Part shown: in pieces, positions 18,127 to 26,504 of the stretch
Layout of the letters: each line of letters begins with the position of its first letter
Numbering within the stretch: the first letter of the stretch is position 1
From: an uncultured Candidatus Saccharibacteria bacterium
GTDB lineage: Bacteria; Patescibacteriota; Minisyncoccia; Phycocordibacterales; JACOZG01
Reading direction: 5' to 3'
Length of the DNA stretch: 56,418 nt
Assembly (NCBI GenBank): GCA_964564105.1
Contig: CAZLZS010000003.1
Location: forward strand, 1-56,418
The notes under the pieces: model-generated
What the model saw: only the letters and a program-made list of their open reading frames with translations
The model's database searches: none
Told to the model about the DNA's origin: nothing
Made by a program: the position numbers and the translations under genes

Positions 18127-19695
18127 TCACGAATTATTTTTGGGTCGGTATTGGAGGGCTTCCAAAAGATGCGGTTCGGCAATGATTTCGGCTTCAGTGA
18201 GATCGGCGATGGTGCGGGCGAGTTTGATAACACGATGATAGGCCCGGGCCGAGAGATCCAACCGTCGGGCCGATTCGTTTAAAAGTTTTAAGCACTCGAC
18301 TGAGAGCGGGGCGTAGAATTTTAATTCGCGCACGCCCATTTGACTATTCAATTTGAGGCCGCTTTTCGCCCCGCGGAACCGTTCGGCTTGAATGGCGCGC
18401 GCCCTGACCACTCGCGCCCGGACCACCTCTGAACCTTCCTCATTGGGCCCGCCGTTACCCGATAATTTTTCCGGATCAATTTGCGGCACTTCGAGCCAGA
18501 GATCAATCCGATCAACAATCGGGCCGGAAAGTTTACGTTGGTAGCGCATGAGCGCGCCGGGATTGCAAATACACTCTCGGCCGCGCAATCCCCGGTTGCC
18601 GCAGGGGCAATAATTCATCGTGGCCACGAGCAGAAAATTGGCCGGAAACGACATGGTGCCCTTAGCTCGGGCAATACTCACGACCCGGTCTTCGAGTGGT
18701 TGACGGAGCGATTCGATCACCCGCTTATCGAATTCCGGAAATTCATCCAAGAACAGCACCCCGCGGTGGGCCAGGGTGATCTCGCCAGGTTTGGGCGTTG
18801 ACCCGCCGCCGACAAGCGCGATGTACGAAGCGGTATGGTGCGGAGCGCGGAACACCGGGCGGGTGATGAGGTCGCCGACGAGCGCGCCGGCGGCGGAATG
18901 GATGCCGGTAACCTCCAAGATCTCGTCAAAGGAGAGGGGTGGCAGGATGCTCGACAGGGCCCGAGCCAGCATAGTTTTGCCCGTGCCCGGTGGGCCGAAC
19001 ATGGCGATATTATGACCACCAGCCGCCGCGATCTCCAAACCGCGTTTAGCCGTAATTTGACTCTTAATGTCCGCCAAGTCAATGAGGTGTTCCCGTGTTT
19101 CGTATTCGATCTCAGTCGGGTCCTGCTCGGTCAACCGTTCGATTTTGACGCGGTGGAACTCTTCATCTGATCGCGGATCGAGATAGTTAACCAATTGACG
19201 TAAACTTTTCACGCCGAAAATCTTCGGGCCGCGGATGAGCGCCGCTTCCCGGGCGTTCGGCGATGGCAGATAGATCTCGCGGAACCCGCTCGAGACTAAT
19301 TTCCGGACCAGAAGCAGCACGCCTCGGATTGGCCGGAGCTCGCCGTTTAGAGCGAGCTCCCCGAGGAAAGCGCTGGGGACGGCTTGGTCGGTGGCAAATT
19401 TGACTTCCCCAGACGCTAAAAGATAAGCCAGAGCAATCGCCAGATCAAAACCCGATCCCTCTTTTTTTAAATCCGCCGGCGCGAGCGCCACGATTATTTT
19501 CCGGTTGCCTTTTTGCGGTGAGGCAAAGCCGGAATTCTTAATCGCCGCCGCGATCCGGTCGCGGGCTTCTTCGACCGCCTGATCCGGCAAGCCGACGATG
19601 GCAAAGGAATGGAGGCCACGGCCGATGTCAATCTCCACCTCCACGATGTCGGGCCGGAGTCCGACCACTTGGGCGGCATAAACTTTAGCGAGCAT
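18127..19695 (-). CDS. comM: YifB/ComM family Mg-chelatase-like AAA+ ATPase (competence-associated helicase family)
   Basis: 522 aa with a Lon-like N-terminal domain, Walker A GPPGTGKTM, Walker B VLFLDEFPEF and C-terminal ARAYHRVIKLARTIADL. Confidence 0.9.
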   Translation of the reverse strand: MLAKVYAAQVVGLRPDIVEVEIDIGRGLHSFAIVGLPDQAVEEARDRIAAAIKNSGFASPQKGNRKIIVALAPADLKKEGSGFDLAIALAYLLASGEVKFATDQAVPSAFLGELALNGELRPIRGVLLLVRKLVSSGFREIYLPSPNAREAALIRGPKIFGVKSLRQLVNYLDPRSDEEFHRVKIERLTEQDPTEIEYETREHLIDLADIKSQITAKRGLEIAAAGGHNIAMFGPPGTGKTMLARALSSILPPLSFDEILEVTGIHSAAGALVGDLITRPVFRAPHHTASYIALVGGGSTPKPGEITLAHRGVLFLDEFPEFDKRVIESLRQPLEDRVVSIARAKGTMSFPANFLLVATMNYCPCGNRGLRGRECICNPGALMRYQRKLSGPIVDRIDLWLEVPQIDPEKLSGNGGPNEEGSEVVRARVVRARAIQAERFRGAKSGLKLNSQMGVRELKFYAPLSVECLKLLNESARRLDLSARAYHRVIKLARTIADLTEAEIIAEPHLLEALQYRPKNNS

Positions 19696-19699
19696 TAAG

Positions 19700-20083
19700 T
19701 CAACGGGGTCTCCCTTGTTCTAAATGTTGTTTGCAGGTCGCGGCCGCCGGGCTGGCCTCGAGCCGCTCACGTTCAATCGGCTTTTGGCAGACCGCGCAGA
19801 AACCGTAACTGGCCTGACTGATTTGCTCGAGCGCGGCCCGGATGTCGTGGAGACGAATTTCCAGCGGCCCGACCGTGGCGGCGCGATCATCCAGTTCTTC
19901 GAGCCGATCCGCGACTTCGTCGCGGAAAGTGGTCTCGTCCGACTCGGCCGGCACCGCTTCCCAATCATTAGGATTCTTAGGATTAATACGGGCGATGCCG
20001 CCGAGTGCCTCCTCGAGCGCCGCTTTCTCGGTCTCGAGTTTTTTCCGGAAATAATCCAGATCCGCTTTTTCCATTGGGCGCAT
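19700..20083 (-). CDS. DksA/TraR-type zinc-finger protein (YteA-like)
   Basis: 127 aa with a coiled-coil N-terminus. The C-terminus reads CAVCQKPIERERLEASPAAATCKQH, so the last ligand position is His rather than Cys. Confidence 0.7.
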   Translation of the reverse strand: MRPMEKADLDYFRKKLETEKAALEEALGGIARINPKNPNDWEAVPAESDETTFRDEVADRLEELDDRAATVGPLEIRLHDIRAALEQISQASYGFCAVCQKPIERERLEASPAAATCKQHLEQGRPR

Positions 20084-20086
20084 TGT

Positions 20087-20155
20087 ATCCCGTTAGAAAA
20101 TCAAATAAAACTTGAATTTCATCATGAATTATAGTCTGTTATTTTCTAACGGGAT
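20087..20155. repeat. Perfect 15-bp inverted repeat ATCCCGTTAGAAAAT / ATTTTCTAACGGGAT with a 39-nt spacer (CCCGTTAGAA family)
   Basis: The arms lie at 20087-20101 and 20141-20155. The left arm ends 4 nt from the start codon of the DksA-like gene. Confidence 0.9.
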
Positions 20156-20199
20156 TGTAACAAATCCTTTTAGTTTGGCAATCGAGTGTTAACCCAGTC

Positions 20200-21396
20200 C
20201 TAACGGATCGCCCGGCGGCGATTCAAAATTTCCCCGAGAGCGTTTTCATTTTCAGCGGCGGCGATGGTTGCTTGGTCAAGAAACCCATAAAGCAGAATTG
20301 TTTTGCCGTCTTGTTTGATCTGGCGCGTCTCCAGATTGTTAATTAGCCGGTCGGCGAAAATCGAAGTGGTAGCGGTCGGTGCCAGCGCCGTCCGGCCAGT
20401 GAGCTGGTAGAAAAGATTGACCAATAATTTCTCGTTTTGCCGGAGAGTGCTAAAACTCGTTTCATAGCTTTTGGTTTTTAGCAGGAGAAAGGCGCTGGGG
20501 CTATCTATGCCGTCATAACGGCCGAGTAAAAATTTTGGCTCCAGCGACTGGATTAATTTTTCCGGCGGACTGATCGACAGTTGCTCGAGCCACGGTTTTA
20601 AAGCCAGCGGTCGCTCGGCGTCTGTCGGAACGAGCCGTGTGACCCGGCCGGCGGTCACCGCTCCATCATTTAGCGCTTGGCGGAGTTTAATCACCAAAAC
20701 CTCACGGTTCTGGTCCTGCTTAATTTCTATCTGTTCATCAGTGAAGAGAAAGGGTTGTTCGTCCGGAGCAACGATCATCCCGCCGGCCGGCGGCGGTGGT
20801 GGTGGCCAATAAATATAGACCAAGGCCGCTCCACCGAGAAGGAACAAGACCAGAGCGAAAATGGCTAACCAACCGCGATGGGATTTTGGCGCCTTGGCGC
20901 TTGGGCCGAACTTCGTCGGTTCCCGTCCCTGGTCGCGGATGATCGCTTGCGTCAAGGTGGCTCCAGCGGCGGCGGCTTGAGCCAGATCAGTTTTAAGAGT
21001 GCGGATTGGGCTCATTTCGATCGGACTGGCTTTTAGACGGACGATTGTTTGACTAGTGACTTCGGCTTTCCGTTGGCGCGCGGTTGACTCAGCCGCGGCT
21101 TGAACCGCCCGCTGCCGCTCGGCGGCCACGGCGGATTGAGCCGCTTGCCGCTCAGTTCCTTTTTTCTCTTCTTCAGCCAGTCTGGCCGCCACGACTGCCG
21201 CGGCGGCGGCCCGGCGGACAGTTTCGGCCGCTTGCCGCTTGCTTCGTCGCTCACTACCCTCCATAGCTAACTGCGCCTCTTCCCTCCGGCGCCGCAGAAT
21301 CTCTCCCTCGGCCTCCCGTTTCTTCTGCCAAACCTCGCCTTCCATGGCCCGTCTGGCCTCGGCCCGACGGGCCTCTACTAAAATGGTTTCAGACAT
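20200..21396 (-). CDS. Membrane-anchored hypothetical protein (N-terminal charged coiled coil, one TM, extracytoplasmic domain)
   Basis: The ORF track starts at 21567. The likely start is the ATG at 21396 (MSETILVEARRAEARRAMEG), which overlaps the upstream gene stop (ATGTCTGA). The TM helix is WLAIFALVLFLLGGAALVYIYW, followed by PPPPPP. Confidence 0.55.
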   Translation of the reverse strand: MSETILVEARRAEARRAMEGEVWQKKREAEGEILRRRREEAQLAMEGSERRSKRQAAETVRRAAAAAVVAARLAEEEKKGTERQAAQSAVAAERQRAVQAAAESTARQRKAEVTSQTIVRLKASPIEMSPIRTLKTDLAQAAAAGATLTQAIIRDQGREPTKFGPSAKAPKSHRGWLAIFALVLFLLGGAALVYIYWPPPPPPAGGMIVAPDEQPFLFTDEQIEIKQDQNREVLVIKLRQALNDGAVTAGRVTRLVPTDAERPLALKPWLEQLSISPPEKLIQSLEPKFLLGRYDGIDSPSAFLLLKTKSYETSFSTLRQNEKLLVNLFYQLTGRTALAPTATTSIFADRLINNLETRQIKQDGKTILLYGFLDQATIAAAENENALGEILNRRRAIR

Positions 21397-21889
21397 GAAG
21401 GGCCGCCGCCTGTTTTTTGGCCTCGTCTTCTTCGTCCAACCGGGCACGGTACTTAACGGTGTTGGCCTCAATCGCGCTCTCGATCTGCCAAATTTTCTCT
21501 TGGAGCACCCACTTTTCTTTCTCCGCCGCCTGTCTTGTCTCTTGAATGATTTGACGTTTCCTCTCAACCTCTTGTTTGTCTTTGACCAGGGCGGTTTTTG
21601 CCTCGTCGAGCTCGAGTTTGGCCTCAGCTTCCTCGGCCTGTCTTTCCCGTTCGAGAATGGGCGCCAGTTTCTCGCGGACGATCTTTCGTTGATCGTCCAA
21701 CCGGACCCATTCGATCTCCAGAGTCTCTTTTTGTTTATCTAGGTTCGCGAGCAATTGTTCAAGTCTGCTTTGTTCGGCCGCGTTTTGCCGCTCGCGAGTT
21801 TCACGCTCGCGTTTGGCGGTCCACTCCGGCCCTTCCATAGCAGTTCTGGCTTCGAGCCGTTTTATCTCCAGGGGGTCTTCCGGACTCAT
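21389..21889 (-). CDS. Coiled-coil hypothetical protein
   Basis: 166 aa, rich in Glu/Lys/Arg/Gln. Its N-terminal motif LEARTAMEGPEWTAKRERE is repeated in the downstream gene. Confidence 0.5.
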   Translation of the reverse strand: MSPEDPLEIKRLEARTAMEGPEWTAKRERETRERQNAAEQSRLEQLLANLDKQKETLEIEWVRLDDQRKIVREKLAPILERERQAEEAEAKLELDEAKTALVKDKQEVERKRQIIQETRQAAEKEKWVLQEKIWQIESAIEANTVKYRARLDEEDEAKKQAAALHV

Positions 21890-21916
21890 TAGGGTTAATT
21901 ATACTAAATTTAAAAT

Positions 21917-22474
21917 TTAATGGCGATTTTGCTCTGGTGTCGCGGGTCGAGCTCGGCGCTCACGGCCGAAACCGAGGAGGTAGCGCCGCGGATTGTCGCC
22001 GAGATCGAGGAAATCGTCCGCCGCTTCCTTAAGCTTGGCTGAGGTGCTTTTACCAAAGGCCACCACTTCCACTTGATTGCCGCTATGAATCTTTAGATAT
22101 TCAACCAGCGGGACAAAATCGCCGTCGCCCGAAGCGATAATCACCGCATCAAGCCGCGGCGCGAGCTTAACAGTGTCCATCGCTAACCCGACATCCCAAT
22201 CCGCTTTCTTAGCTCCGCCGATGAAAATTTGCAGGTCCTTAGTTTTAATCTCAATCCCGACTTTGCCCAGTGCCTCCAAAAAGTTTTTTTCTTCCCCGGA
22301 TTCAGTGGTGACGACATAAGCAATGGCCCGAACCAGCGTCCGATTGGCCACGGCGTCCTTTAAAATAGCGCCGAAATTGACGCGCGCCTGGTAGAGGTTT
22401 TTGGCGCAGTGGTAAAGATTCTGAGTGTCAATAAACATCCCTACCCGCTGCCCTTGATGTTTAACGACGGGCAT
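21917..22474 (-). CDS. NYN-domain (LabA/DUF88-like) protein
   Basis: 185 aa with [12 protein letters not shown] and [16 protein letters not shown], typical of the LabA-like PIN/NYN fold. Confidence 0.75.
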   Translation of the reverse strand: MPVVKHQGQRVGMFIDTQNLYHCAKNLYQARVNFGAILKDAVANRTLVRAIAYVVTTESGEEKNFLEALGKVGIEIKTKDLQIFIGGAKKADWDVGLAMDTVKLAPRLDAVIIASGDGDFVPLVEYLKIHSGNQVEVVAFGKSTSAKLKEAADDFLDLGDNPRRYLLGFGRERRARPATPEQNRH

Positions 22475-22688
22475 GTTTTTCGAGGTATTTGAGATGAGAC
22501 CGACGTTTGGCCACCAGTTTCAGCAGGCCGCGGCGCGAATGTTCATCCTGCTTGTGCTGTTTGAGATGTTTCGTCAATTGACTGATCTGTTCAGTGAGAA
22601 GCGCCGCCTGTACTTGCACTGAACCGGTGTCGGTGTCGTGAAGATGAGTCTTCTTAATGACGGCTTGTTTCTTTCTAGTTGTCAGCAT
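22461..22688 (-). CDS. rpsO: 30S ribosomal protein S15
   Basis: 75 aa with [50 protein letters not shown]. Confidence 0.9.
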   Translation of the reverse strand: MLTTRKKQAVIKKTHLHDTDTGSVQVQAALLTEQISQLTKHLKQHKQDEHSRRGLLKLVAKRRSHLKYLEKHARR

Positions 22689-22716
22689 GGAGTAATCATA
22701 GCATGACCGCTATAAT

Positions 22717-23583
22717 GTGGCAATGAAAGACTTATCACAGTGGCTCAGGGAATTTTTGGAATACCTAGAGGTGGAACGAGGGCGCAGTTTGCACACCGTG
22801 GCCAATTACCATCGTTACCTCGCTGCCTTTTTTCGCTTTGCCAAACCAGCGCAGGTCGCCGACATCACTGCTGAAACTGTTCGTAAATTCCGCCTCTGGC
22901 TCAATCGGCGTAATCTGGAAAAAAACACCCAGAATTATTATTTGATCGCTCTACGCACCTTTCTGAAGTATCTCAACAGCCGTAGCGTGGCCACCACCCT
23001 TTCCCCGACGGCAATTGATTTAGCCAAAACCTCTCGAAAAGAACTGGAATTAATCAGCCAGGAAGAATTAGAACGACTTTTGGCCGCGCCGGCTAAGATG
23101 ATGAGCCGTGATAAGGCAATTTTGGAACTCTTGTTTTCCACTGGCCTACGGGTGTCGGAGTTGTGTCATTTAGATCGCGATAAGATAGATCTCAAGCGTG
23201 GTGAATTCACGGTGCGCGGCAAGGGCGGCAAGGTACGTGTGGTCTTTCTTTCACCAGCGGCCAAGCCAGTATTGACTAATTATCTCAAACAACGCAAGGA
23301 CTTGTCCGAGCCTCTCTTTATCAATAAAAAGGGCGGCCGGTTAACGGTTCGCAGTATTGAAAGATTAATAAGATTTTATGCCATCAAAGCCGGCATTGTC
23401 AAGCATGTTACTCCTCATACCTTGCGTCATAGTTTTGCCACTGATTTGCTCCGTAACGGCGCTGATTTGCGCGCTGTTCAGCTCTTGTTAGGCCACAGCA
23501 ACATTTCTACCACCCAAATTTATACCCACATTACTGACCGCGAACTACGTTCAGTACATGAACGTTTCCATCGTCGCGGTTAA
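22717..23583 (+). CDS. xerC: Tyrosine recombinase, XerC/XerD-like
   Basis: 288 aa with an SAM-like N-domain. The catalytic residues sit in GLRVSEL, HTLRHSFAT and LLGHSNISTTQIYTH. Confidence 0.85.
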   Translation: MAMKDLSQWLREFLEYLEVERGRSLHTVANYHRYLAAFFRFAKPAQVADITAETVRKFRLWLNRRNLEKNTQNYYLIALRTFLKYLNSRSVATTLSPTAIDLAKTSRKELELISQEELERLLAAPAKMMSRDKAILELLFSTGLRVSELCHLDRDKIDLKRGEFTVRGKGGKVRVVFLSPAAKPVLTNYLKQRKDLSEPLFINKKGGRLTVRSIERLIRFYAIKAGIVKHVTPHTLRHSFATDLLRNGADLRAVQLLLGHSNISTTQIYTHITDRELRSVHERFHRRG

Positions 23584-23586
23584 AAG

Positions 23587-23595
23587 TTATCCACA
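23587..23595 (+). promoter_or_regulatory. Perfect consensus DnaA box TTATCCACA (within AGTTATCCACAGTTT)
   Basis: Exact 9-mer, 4 nt after the xerC-like stop. The 13-mer TTATCCACAGTTT is shared with the site at 25460-25472 on the opposite strand. Confidence 0.5.
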
Positions 23596-23709
23596 GTTTA
23601 TAATTTGTCCTTTAGAATGTCCTATAGTAAAATAATCTCGGATATGATTAGGTCTTATATCTGAACACGATGAGTTTTGTCCTTTACGAAAATCAGCTTC
23701 GTGTCCAGC

Positions 23710-23736
23710 CCCTCCGCACTGCCGGAGGGTTTTTTT
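23710..23736 (+). terminator. Rho-independent terminator
   Basis: CCCTCCG (23710-23716) pairs with CGGAGGG (23723-23729), followed by TTTTTTT. The T-run overlaps the cca stop codon on the other strand. Confidence 0.7.
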
Positions 23737-25201
23737 ATTTCACTCCATATTTACCACGGATTTTTTCCAATTCTCCCTGTTCTATAGATTCTTTTTTTTC
23801 TTTGCCTTTTTCACCAATGGTTCTTAATTCTTCGTCAGACAGTTTGGCCAATTCTTCTGCTTTGTTTCTTAAGAAACTTTCTGTATTTAATGACGGATTA
23901 TCAAGAACTTCCTCAAGTAAGGCGTGAAGAATATGGCCAATTTTAGGACCTGATTTTAATCCTGTTTCATGTAAAACATCTTCACCATTAATCTTTAACA
24001 TCTTTACTGAAGTTGGGTCGCGCATTGCTTCCTCAATCATTGATTCATATTTCCTTAGTCGGTAAGGGCTTTCTTTGGGTCTACCCATGCCTATACGATC
24101 GCAATTGCGGACTTTCATTAAATCCCAGATGTTTTCACGTCCGACATTACGAATAATTCTTCTCACTGCTGACAAGGTGATTCTTTCAATATCAGTAAAA
24201 AACATATGGTTTCTGACTAATTTTTCTACTACATCAGTTATGTTTCGCGTGAAACGCAATCTTTCCATTATTTTTCGAGTTATTCTTGCTCCTACCAAGT
24301 CGTGGCCATAAAACGTCCAATCTTTCTTTTCTTCACCCCATTTTCTAGTCCTAGGTTTACCAATGTCGTGAAATAAAGCGGCAAGTCTCACGTGTAACGG
24401 CCATTTCCTGTCCGCAGCATGCTGGGCTACCCTTAAAAGATGTTCCCAGACATCATATTTATGGTCGCCGTTTTGCTTCATACCAATTCCTTCTTCTAGT
24501 TCAGGAAGAAACTGTTTAAGTGCCCCGATCTTTTGCAGAATTACAATACCTGACATCAGATTGTTAGACATTAAAATTCTTGAAAATTCATCACGAATCC
24601 GCTCTCCGGCAACAAATTCCAATAATTTTGAGTATTTGACCATAGCTTGCATAGTTTCTAGGTTGATGGTGAAGTCCAATTCCGAGGCTAACCTAACTCC
24701 CCGTAAGATTCTCAATGGGTCTTCCTCAAATCTATCACTTGCTTGGCCAACCGCGCGAACGATTTTGTCCCTTATGTCCTTTTGACCTCCGGATAAGTCA
24801 ATAATCTGTCCTTTATCTGTCTCATAGGCAAGAGCGTTGATCGTAAAATCGCGCCGACTTAGATCAGTTTGCAAATCGCTCGTAAAAATCACCTTATCTG
24901 GATGTCGTTTGTCAGAATATTTCGACTCTTGACGAAAAGGAGTAATTTCTATATGGCGCAGACTATTATCTCTTGCCTCTTCATTGACAATTGTAACGGT
25001 GCCAAAGGTATTTTCATAAAAAGTTTTATCGAATAATCCAGCAATTTGTTCTGGGCTAGCGTCAGTGGCAATATCCCAATCTTTTGGTTCTTTTCTCATC
25101 AACAGGGCGCGCACGCAACCACCGACTAAGTAACTGACAAACCCATGTTTTCCTAGCTGGCGAGAAATTTCGATGATTTCTTCTGGTATTTTCATTTCCA
25201 A
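23735..25201 (-). CDS. cca: CCA-adding enzyme (tRNA nucleotidyltransferase with an HD domain)
   Basis: 488 aa with the PolA head (LVGGCVRALLMRKEPKDWDIAT, RRDFTINALA) and an HD domain (LAALFHDIGKP). Confidence 0.9.
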   Translation of the reverse strand: MEMKIPEEIIEISRQLGKHGFVSYLVGGCVRALLMRKEPKDWDIATDASPEQIAGLFDKTFYENTFGTVTIVNEEARDNSLRHIEITPFRQESKYSDKRHPDKVIFTSDLQTDLSRRDFTINALAYETDKGQIIDLSGGQKDIRDKIVRAVGQASDRFEEDPLRILRGVRLASELDFTINLETMQAMVKYSKLLEFVAGERIRDEFSRILMSNNLMSGIVILQKIGALKQFLPELEEGIGMKQNGDHKYDVWEHLLRVAQHAADRKWPLHVRLAALFHDIGKPRTRKWGEEKKDWTFYGHDLVGARITRKIMERLRFTRNITDVVEKLVRNHMFFTDIERITLSAVRRIIRNVGRENIWDLMKVRNCDRIGMGRPKESPYRLRKYESMIEEAMRDPTSVKMLKINGEDVLHETGLKSGPKIGHILHALLEEVLDNPSLNTESFLRNKAEELAKLSDEELRTIGEKGKEKKESIEQGELEKIRGKYGVK

Positions 25202-25258
25202 CCATTCTAGCTCAGATTTTGTGGTTTAACTATACTTTTGTTAGACTAGAGATAGTCT

Positions 25259-25330
25259 GTCCTCGTGGTGAAATGGATATCACAACGGTCTTCGGAACCG
25301 TTATTGGGGGTTCGAATCCTCCCGGGGACG
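25259..25330 (+). tRNA. tRNA-Arg (anticodon TCG)
   Basis: Hand-folded cloverleaf. The acceptor is GTCCTCG/CGGGGAC, the anticodon stem ACGGT/ACCGT, the loop CTTCGGA and the T-loop TTCGAAT. CCA is not encoded. Confidence 0.85.
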
Positions 25331-25350
25331 CCCGGGACTTATAGTGGAAA

Positions 25351-25421
25351 GCGGGTATGGTTTAGTGGTAGAATGCATCCTTGCCAAGGATGAGACGGGA
25401 GTCCGATTCTCCCTACCCGCA
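25351..25421 (+). tRNA. tRNA-Gly (anticodon GCC)
   Basis: The acceptor is GCGGGTA/TACCCGC, the anticodon stem CATCC/GGATG, and the loop TTGCCAA. Confidence 0.85.
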
Positions 25422-25463
25422 TATCGGACAAGTCTGCCTGCCGGTAGGCAAGTCCTTTAAAAC

Positions 25464-25472
25464 TGTGGATAA
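25464..25472 (-). promoter_or_regulatory. Perfect consensus DnaA box (TGTGGATAA on the plus strand), with a 7/9 box at 25476-25484
   Basis: Exact 9-mer, 30 nt upstream of the yraN-like start. Confidence 0.5.
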
Positions 25473-25501
25473 TCTTGTGGATTCTGTGCATAAAAGACAT
25501 A

Positions 25502-25900
25502 ATGTCCCAGACGACTAAACAAACAATCGGTAAAAAAGGTGAAGATTTAGCCATTGAGTTCCTTAAGAAACAAGATTACGAGATTCTTGATCGTAATTAT
25601 TGGCAAAAATGGGGTGAAATAGACATTGTGGCTAAAAAAGATGGGATTATTCACTTTGTGGAAGTGAAAACTGTATCACGAGATCATCTATTAATATTGA
25701 ACCGAGAAGAAGATTTTTATGAGCCGGAAGATAATTTGCACCCTTGGAAACTCCGGCGGCTGGCGCGCGCCGTCGAAACTTATCTATTGGACAAAAAAGT
25801 TAGTGACGACATTGACTGGCAAACTGATGCTATCTCTATTTATTTAGATCACAGTGATCAATTATTGAAGATTGATTATTTGCCAAATATTACTTTGTAA
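25502..25900 (+). CDS. yraN: YraN-family (UPF0102) endonuclease-like protein
   Basis: Contains GKKGEDLAIEFLKKQDYEILDRNY...GEIDIVAKKDGIIHFVEVKT. The likely start is the ATG at 25502 (MSQTTKQ), not the track start at 25475. Confidence 0.8.
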   Translation: MSQTTKQTIGKKGEDLAIEFLKKQDYEILDRNYWQKWGEIDIVAKKDGIIHFVEVKTVSRDHLLILNREEDFYEPEDNLHPWKLRRLARAVETYLLDKKVSDDIDWQTDAISIYLDHSDQLLKIDYLPNITL

Positions 25901-25909
25901 ATTCTTAAA

Positions 25910-25980
25910 CGGGGTATAGTGTAATGGCAGCACGAGTCCTTTGGGAGGATTTAGTCTCGGTTCAAATCCGAGTACCCCGA
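25910..25980 (+). tRNA. tRNA-Pro (anticodon TGG)
   Basis: The acceptor is CGGGGTA/TACCCCG, the anticodon stem AGTCC/GGATT, the loop TTTGGGA and the T-loop TTCAAAT. Confidence 0.85.
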
Positions 25981-26083
25981 TCTTGACTTTTTAAACTTGG
26001 TATGCTAGACTATAAATAGTTCAGTTTGGCAAGTAGAGAACCTTGTAAGATAGCCCCAAATCGGGCGGAAAGGATGGTGTCTT

Positions 26084-26431
26084 GTGCATATACTGAAGAG
26101 TTTGACAACAACATTAGTCCTCGTGATCTTGATTCTTGCTGGTCTCCTCATCCTCTGGTCTTTACCCGGGTGTACCGTGGTCAGGACAGAACGATTCGCG
26201 GCCGGAGTGTCAGGAAAAGAAGGCCAAGTGGTGGAACGCGAAACAAGGTACGAGCCGGTTGTTTTTCCGGTGGTGGTCGCGCCAACTTACCCGGGGATGG
26301 GAGTGGTAAATCCGGCAGTGTACGTTTATCGACGACCAATTTACTACCACTACTATCCGGCCGCAGTTTACCGGTACCAGACACCAGTGATCTATCCTCG
26401 ACAGGTGGTCCATGTCCATCGGCATCGGTAG
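26084..26431 (+). CDS. Small lipoprotein, Tyr/Pro/Val-rich
   Basis: 115 aa with a GTG start. A signal peptide with the lipobox LWSLPGC is present. The C-terminal half has YY/PV repeats and ends in HVHRHR. A terminator follows. Confidence 0.5.
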   Translation: MHILKSLTTTLVLVILILAGLLILWSLPGCTVVRTERFAAGVSGKEGQVVERETRYEPVVFPVVVAPTYPGMGVVNPAVYVYRRPIYYHYYPAAVYRYQTPVIYPRQVVHVHRHR

Positions 26432-26457
26432 GGAATCGGGCGGATTCCGCTTTAGAA

Positions 26458-26493
26458 GCTCTCGGTTGTTTTACGCCGAGGGCTTTTTTCTTT
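26458..26493 (+). terminator. Rho-independent terminator
   Basis: GCTCTCGG (26458-26465) pairs with CCGAGGGC (26476-26483), followed by TTTTTTCTTT. Confidence 0.7.
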
Positions 26494-26504
26494 ATGATGT
26501 CATC

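Noticed and set aside
22717-23583. Tyrosine recombinase as the integrase of a mobile island
   Set aside because: Its length and motifs fit chromosomal XerC/XerD. It is flanked by rpsO and cca, with no att-like repeats.
25339-25554. 71-aa minus-strand ORF
   Set aside because: It overlaps tRNA-Gly(GCC) and the yraN-like promoter region.
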